20,000 nt of DNA. Source: an uncultured virus (IMG/VR IMGVR_UViG_3300022936_000008) (lineage: Duplodnaviria > Heunggongvirae > Uroviricota > Caudoviricetes). Positions 17,544-20,000 of the stretch are shown here, piece by piece. A program made the translations under genes and the position numbers. The stretch's first letter is position 1; every line of letters starts with the position of its first letter. The notes under the pieces were generated by a model. That model did not search any database. It was not told where the DNA came from and saw nothing but the letters and a program-made list of their open reading frames with translations. The stretch lies in the IMG/VR virus record IMGVR_UViG_3300022936_000008; one strand, written 5' to 3'.

Positions 17544-18218
17544 TTATAGTTCTATTAATGCTGTTATTGTTCCTTGTTTTTGAGTATTTCCTCCTACGAT
17601 TACTGATATTTTTTGTACCCTAATTCCTGCATTAACTCCGTATGCAGATTTTTTAGTTTCTATATTTTGAAGATAACTTCCTCCAACTAGCCATCCTACT
17701 CTTCCATTAATAGAAACTACATCTTTTATTGTTGGTGGTGCTTGAACTGTTTTTGTTATTGTCTTTGTAGTATCTGTAACTTTTACTGTTGTTTCTTTTA
17801 TTTTGAAGTCTGTTGTGATTCCTAATAACTTTCCTTGAGTCTTAGTCCAGACTTTCAATTCTAATTTATCATTTGAAAAATCAGTTATTTCCTCTTTTAC
17901 TTGGGCTGATTTAACCAGAAGCCTCATTATTTCCAAACTGTCTTTTGCTTGTTCGATTTCTTTTTTTAGAGATGCCTCTAGTGGATGTGTAGAGTAAATG
18001 TATTGCTTACCTATCTTAACTGAATCTATTCCTGCTGACGGAAGTTCTGTTCTTTTCTCCGGCTCTAGTGAACCAACAATTTCTGGTATTTTAACCTCTC
18101 TCTCATTCACTGTTATTTCAGTTTTTTCGGATGGTGTACATCTTTGAAATGATACTATTAATGATATGAGTAGGATTAAAATTAATATCTCCCGCCAATA
18201 TTTCTTTAAGAAGTTCAT
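17544..18218 (-). CDS. Spanin-like membrane protein
   Basis: 224 aa directly downstream of the endolysin (ATGA overlap). N-terminal TM ILILILLISLIVSF followed by QRC, a charged extended middle, and an amphipathic beta-strand C-terminus. Confidence 0.55.
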   Translation of the reverse strand: MNFLKKYWREILILILLISLIVSFQRCTPSEKTEITVNEREVKIPEIVGSLEPEKRTELPSAGIDSVKIGKQYIYSTHPLEASLKKEIEQAKDSLEIMRLLVKSAQVKEEITDFSNDKLELKVWTKTQGKLLGITTDFKIKETTVKVTDTTKTITKTVQAPPTIKDVVSINGRVGWLVGGSYLQNIETKKSAYGVNAGIRVQKISVIVGGNTQKQGTITALIEL

Positions 18219-18739
18219 ATCTTTACATATTTTGTTCCAGCAATGAAATCTTTAGCATCGTATTTTTCTTTTAACTTTTGCCAAGTGTATCCAAAAGTTT
18301 TTTCAAAATGTGGAGAATCTTTAAAATTCCTAAAGTCCCCTCCCCACTTATACCCTTTTGATTTAAAATAGTTAATTACTTCTTTCCAATCAGCTTCCCC
18401 ATCTTTGTCGTAATCCTTTAATAAATCCCAAGAGGCTGTTTCAAAAATATCATCTCCATTAAGGTCATAAAGTATCACTATGTCAAAAGCTAAAGCATAC
18501 GATTCAAAGTGAAAAGTACTGTACCAAGGTGCATTTGTGAGGATTTTGCCCGGCTTTGTTCTGCCTGATGCGTAAAGTCCTGTTTGTTCTTCTTTGGTTC
18601 GGGTTGTGTATGCGAACCTAAGTCTAACACCTTTTCCTAGTAAATTTTCATTAACATGCATGTAGTCCTCTAAAAGTTCATCCCTTAGTTTAGGGTGTAC
18701 TTTTTTTATTCTTTCTAATGTAATTTTATCTGCTGGCAT
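18215..18739 (-). CDS. Endolysin, M15 family Zn peptidase (L-Ala-D-Glu endopeptidase-like)
   Basis: 174 aa with RTxEEQxxLYxxGR, LTNA, H77...LAFD86, WGGDF and D-x-x-H144-FE, the hallmark motifs of Peptidase_M15_4-type phage lysins. Confidence 0.9.
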   Translation of the reverse strand: MPADKITLERIKKVHPKLRDELLEDYMHVNENLLGKGVRLRFAYTTRTKEEQTGLYASGRTKPGKILTNAPWYSTFHFESYALAFDIVILYDLNGDDIFETASWDLLKDYDKDGEADWKEVINYFKSKGYKWGGDFRNFKDSPHFEKTFGYTWQKLKEKYDAKDFIAGTKYVKI

Positions 18740-18742
18740 TTT

Positions 18743-19009
18743 TTATTCTTCTGGTGGTGGATCTACTTTATTTGCTAACTTCTTATCAACTATTGTTACT
18801 CCTGTCAGCATTCCTAAAAATATCAATAAACTATCAAAAACATCTATTGCATATCTATTAACCTCACGTTCTAAAATTTTATCTGAAAGTACGATAAACG
18901 CGCCTAGAAATAATGTGAAAATAAACGTGAAAATTATCATTATGCTTTTACGGCTGAATTTTCCGGTAGGTGTCTTTAGGAGGTCGTTTACAAGTTTTCG
19001 CATAATCAT
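18743..19009 (-). CDS. Putative holin (2 TM)
   Basis: 88 aa with a basic N-terminus (GKFSRKS), two hydrophobic helices and a charged C-tail, immediately upstream of the endolysin. Confidence 0.65.
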   Translation of the reverse strand: MIMRKLVNDLLKTPTGKFSRKSIMIIFTFIFTLFLGAFIVLSDKILEREVNRYAIDVFDSLLIFLGMLTGVTIVDKKLANKVDPPPEE

Positions 19010-19211
19010 TCTTTAAATCGTTATAAAGACTATCTTGTACAAATGATAACCTTTTAACTGTGTCATTTAGTGGGTCACATTCTAAAATCTCTTCTGTTGT
19101 TAACATGCGTGGCACAGGTTCTTTTTTTATATCAACCGTTTCTTTTTTGTTCGGCGAGAATGTGAATAGTGCCGCAACTGAAATTATAAAACTTGCTATG
19201 TATGTCTTCAT
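18948..19211 (-). CDS. Small exported or membrane-anchored protein in the lysis cassette
   Basis: 87 aa with a signal/SAR-like N-terminus MKTYIASFIISVAALFTFSP and two Cys. ATGA-coupled upstream; overlaps the holin by 62 nt. Confidence 0.55.
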   Translation of the reverse strand: MKTYIASFIISVAALFTFSPNKKETVDIKKEPVPRMLTTEEILECDPLNDTVKRLSFVQDSLYNDLKNDYAKTCKRPPKDTYRKIQP

Positions 19212-19531
19212 TTCTTTTTTATGTTTCTGTATTGTGAATACATTTTTTCTTCCAATTCTTCAAAGCGTTCACGCCAATAATTAGTTGCTTTCTCAGCTTC
19301 TTCTCTTCTTGCTTGATTACATTCCAATACTTTTTGTCTAGAGTCATTAGATATAGAATCATTTGCAGAAGTAAGATTGTAAACTCTAATATGTAACTCA
19401 CTGTTTTCTGTTTTTAATTCCCATCGGGAATAGCCCAACAGAGTTACTAATAAAGAAAGTAAAAATATAGAGATTTTTTTATATGATAGAGTGGTTAACC
19501 ACTGAACCAAACTTATCCATAATTGTGTCAT
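19208..19531 (-). CDS. Membrane protein with N-terminal TM and coiled coil (lysis accessory)
   Basis: 107 aa. TM ISIFLLSLLVTLLGY followed by a heptad-rich charged helix. Confidence 0.6.
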   Translation of the reverse strand: MTQLWISLVQWLTTLSYKKISIFLLSLLVTLLGYSRWELKTENSELHIRVYNLTSANDSISNDSRQKVLECNQARREEAEKATNYWRERFEELEEKMYSQYRNIKKK

Positions 19532-19532
19532 T

Positions 19533-19877
19533 TTAGGTTAGCCCTTTATTTTCCTGCGCCGAAAGTATCATTACAAAGAAAAACATTAAAAGTATATTTT
19601 GATAAATTCTATAATAGTTTTCTAAAGGTATCTCAAAACTGATATGTGTTAGTATATTTAGTATTATGACCGTCAGTAAACTAATTTTGGCCAGATTTGA
19701 CCAATTGTTCCAATAAAATAAAGCTGCTGATACACTTAAACAAAAAAGGATTGTGTCTAGTTTGACTATCCAATCTCCATAAATATTTCTATACCAATCG
19801 CTATCTGTAAAAAAGAAAAGTGTCGAATAAAACCCTATTAAGATTATGGGGAGTATATTTGTGACACTTCTTTTCAT
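19533..19877 (-). CDS. Multi-pass (3-4 TM) membrane protein
   Basis: 114 aa with four hydrophobic stretches separated by short polar loops. Confidence 0.65.
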   Translation of the reverse strand: MKRSVTNILPIILIGFYSTLFFFTDSDWYRNIYGDWIVKLDTILFCLSVSAALFYWNNWSNLAKISLLTVIILNILTHISFEIPLENYYRIYQNILLMFFFVMILSAQENKGLT

Positions 19878-19928
19878 TTATTTTTTGGGTTTCGGCTTTG
19901 GTGCGCCAATTTTAGGTTTTGCTTTCAT
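19878..19928 (-). CDS. 16-aa Lys/Pro-rich peptide ORF (MKAKPKIGAPKPKPKK)
   Basis: ATG 19928 has an A-rich context (TTTAAAATG). The TAA at 19880-19878 abuts the ATG of the 114-aa gene, and the ORF fills the gap between hairpin and membrane gene exactly. Confidence 0.55.
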   Translation of the reverse strand: MKAKPKIGAPKPKPKK

Positions 19929-19937
19929 TTTAAATAA

Positions 19938-19957
19938 GGGGAGAACTTAATCTCCCC
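19938..19957 (-). terminator. Hairpin / probable intrinsic terminator
   Basis: Minus strand GGGGAGA-TTAAGT-TCTCCCC-TTATTT, a 7-bp stem with an interrupted U tail, just after an upstream stop codon. Confidence 0.6.
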
Positions 19958-19966
19958 ATTTTTTAA

Positions 19967-20000
19967 TTACAAGTTGTTACCGAAGGCTTTGACAGCATTG
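19967..20000 (-). CDS. Probable 3' end of an upstream gene (...NAVKAFGNNL*), frame uncertain
   Basis: Only about 11 codons are visible before the hairpin. The other two frames also end within this stretch. Confidence 0.3.
   Translation of the reverse strand, partial: NAVKAFGNNL

Noticed and set aside
374..19284. All plus-strand ORFs in the track, and the short nested minus-strand ORFs at 10045, 16051 and 19219
   Set aside because: They lie antisense to or inside long, well-supported minus-strand genes and have no recognisable motifs, so they are shadow ORFs.
1..20000. Stop-codon reassignment (TAG or TGA), known in some crAss-like phages
   Set aside because: Genes are intact under code 11. 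TAG (6904, 7686), TGA (6468, 14086, 18215, 19208) and TAA all end genes at sensible junctions, and no gene appears fragmented.
1..20000. tRNA, rRNA, integrase or IS elements
   Set aside because: Intergenic gaps are too short apart from 7570-7685, which the terminator and promoter explain. No recombinase or transposase motifs were seen.

Overview
This window is part of the virion-structure and lysis region of an AT-rich Bacteroidota (Flavobacteriaceae-like) phage of the crAss-like (Crassvirales-related) podovirus type. All credible genes lie on the minus strand and are tightly packed, use the standard genetic code, and have A-rich, SD-less start contexts. In transcription order (right to left): the 3' end of an upstream gene and a hairpin; a 16-aa Lys/Pro peptide ORF; an unusually large membrane/lysis cassette (4-TM protein, TM plus coiled-coil protein, small exported protein, 2-TM holin, M15 endolysin, spanin-like protein); a cluster of about ten fibre, spike and hub genes, including two beta-helix tailspike candidates and a fibre-like protein with a Sec signal peptide; a terminator and a Bacteroidota sigma70-type promoter; then ring protein, IHF-like protein, tail tubular ring protein and a >1869-aa tail stabilisation ('muzzle') protein. 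The last runs off the left edge and is missing from the ORF track. The most notable observations are: a 24-aa N-terminal motif shared by three unrelated fibre proteins; a signal-peptide fibre gene bracketed by a 13/14-bp inverted repeat; a tiny peptide ORF coupled to a membrane gene at the head of the lysis cassette; a spanin candidate with a beta-strand C-terminus; and a hydrophobic segment plus a ~420-aa Cys-rich insertion in the muzzle protein. All family calls come from motif recognition by eye; no database searches were run.
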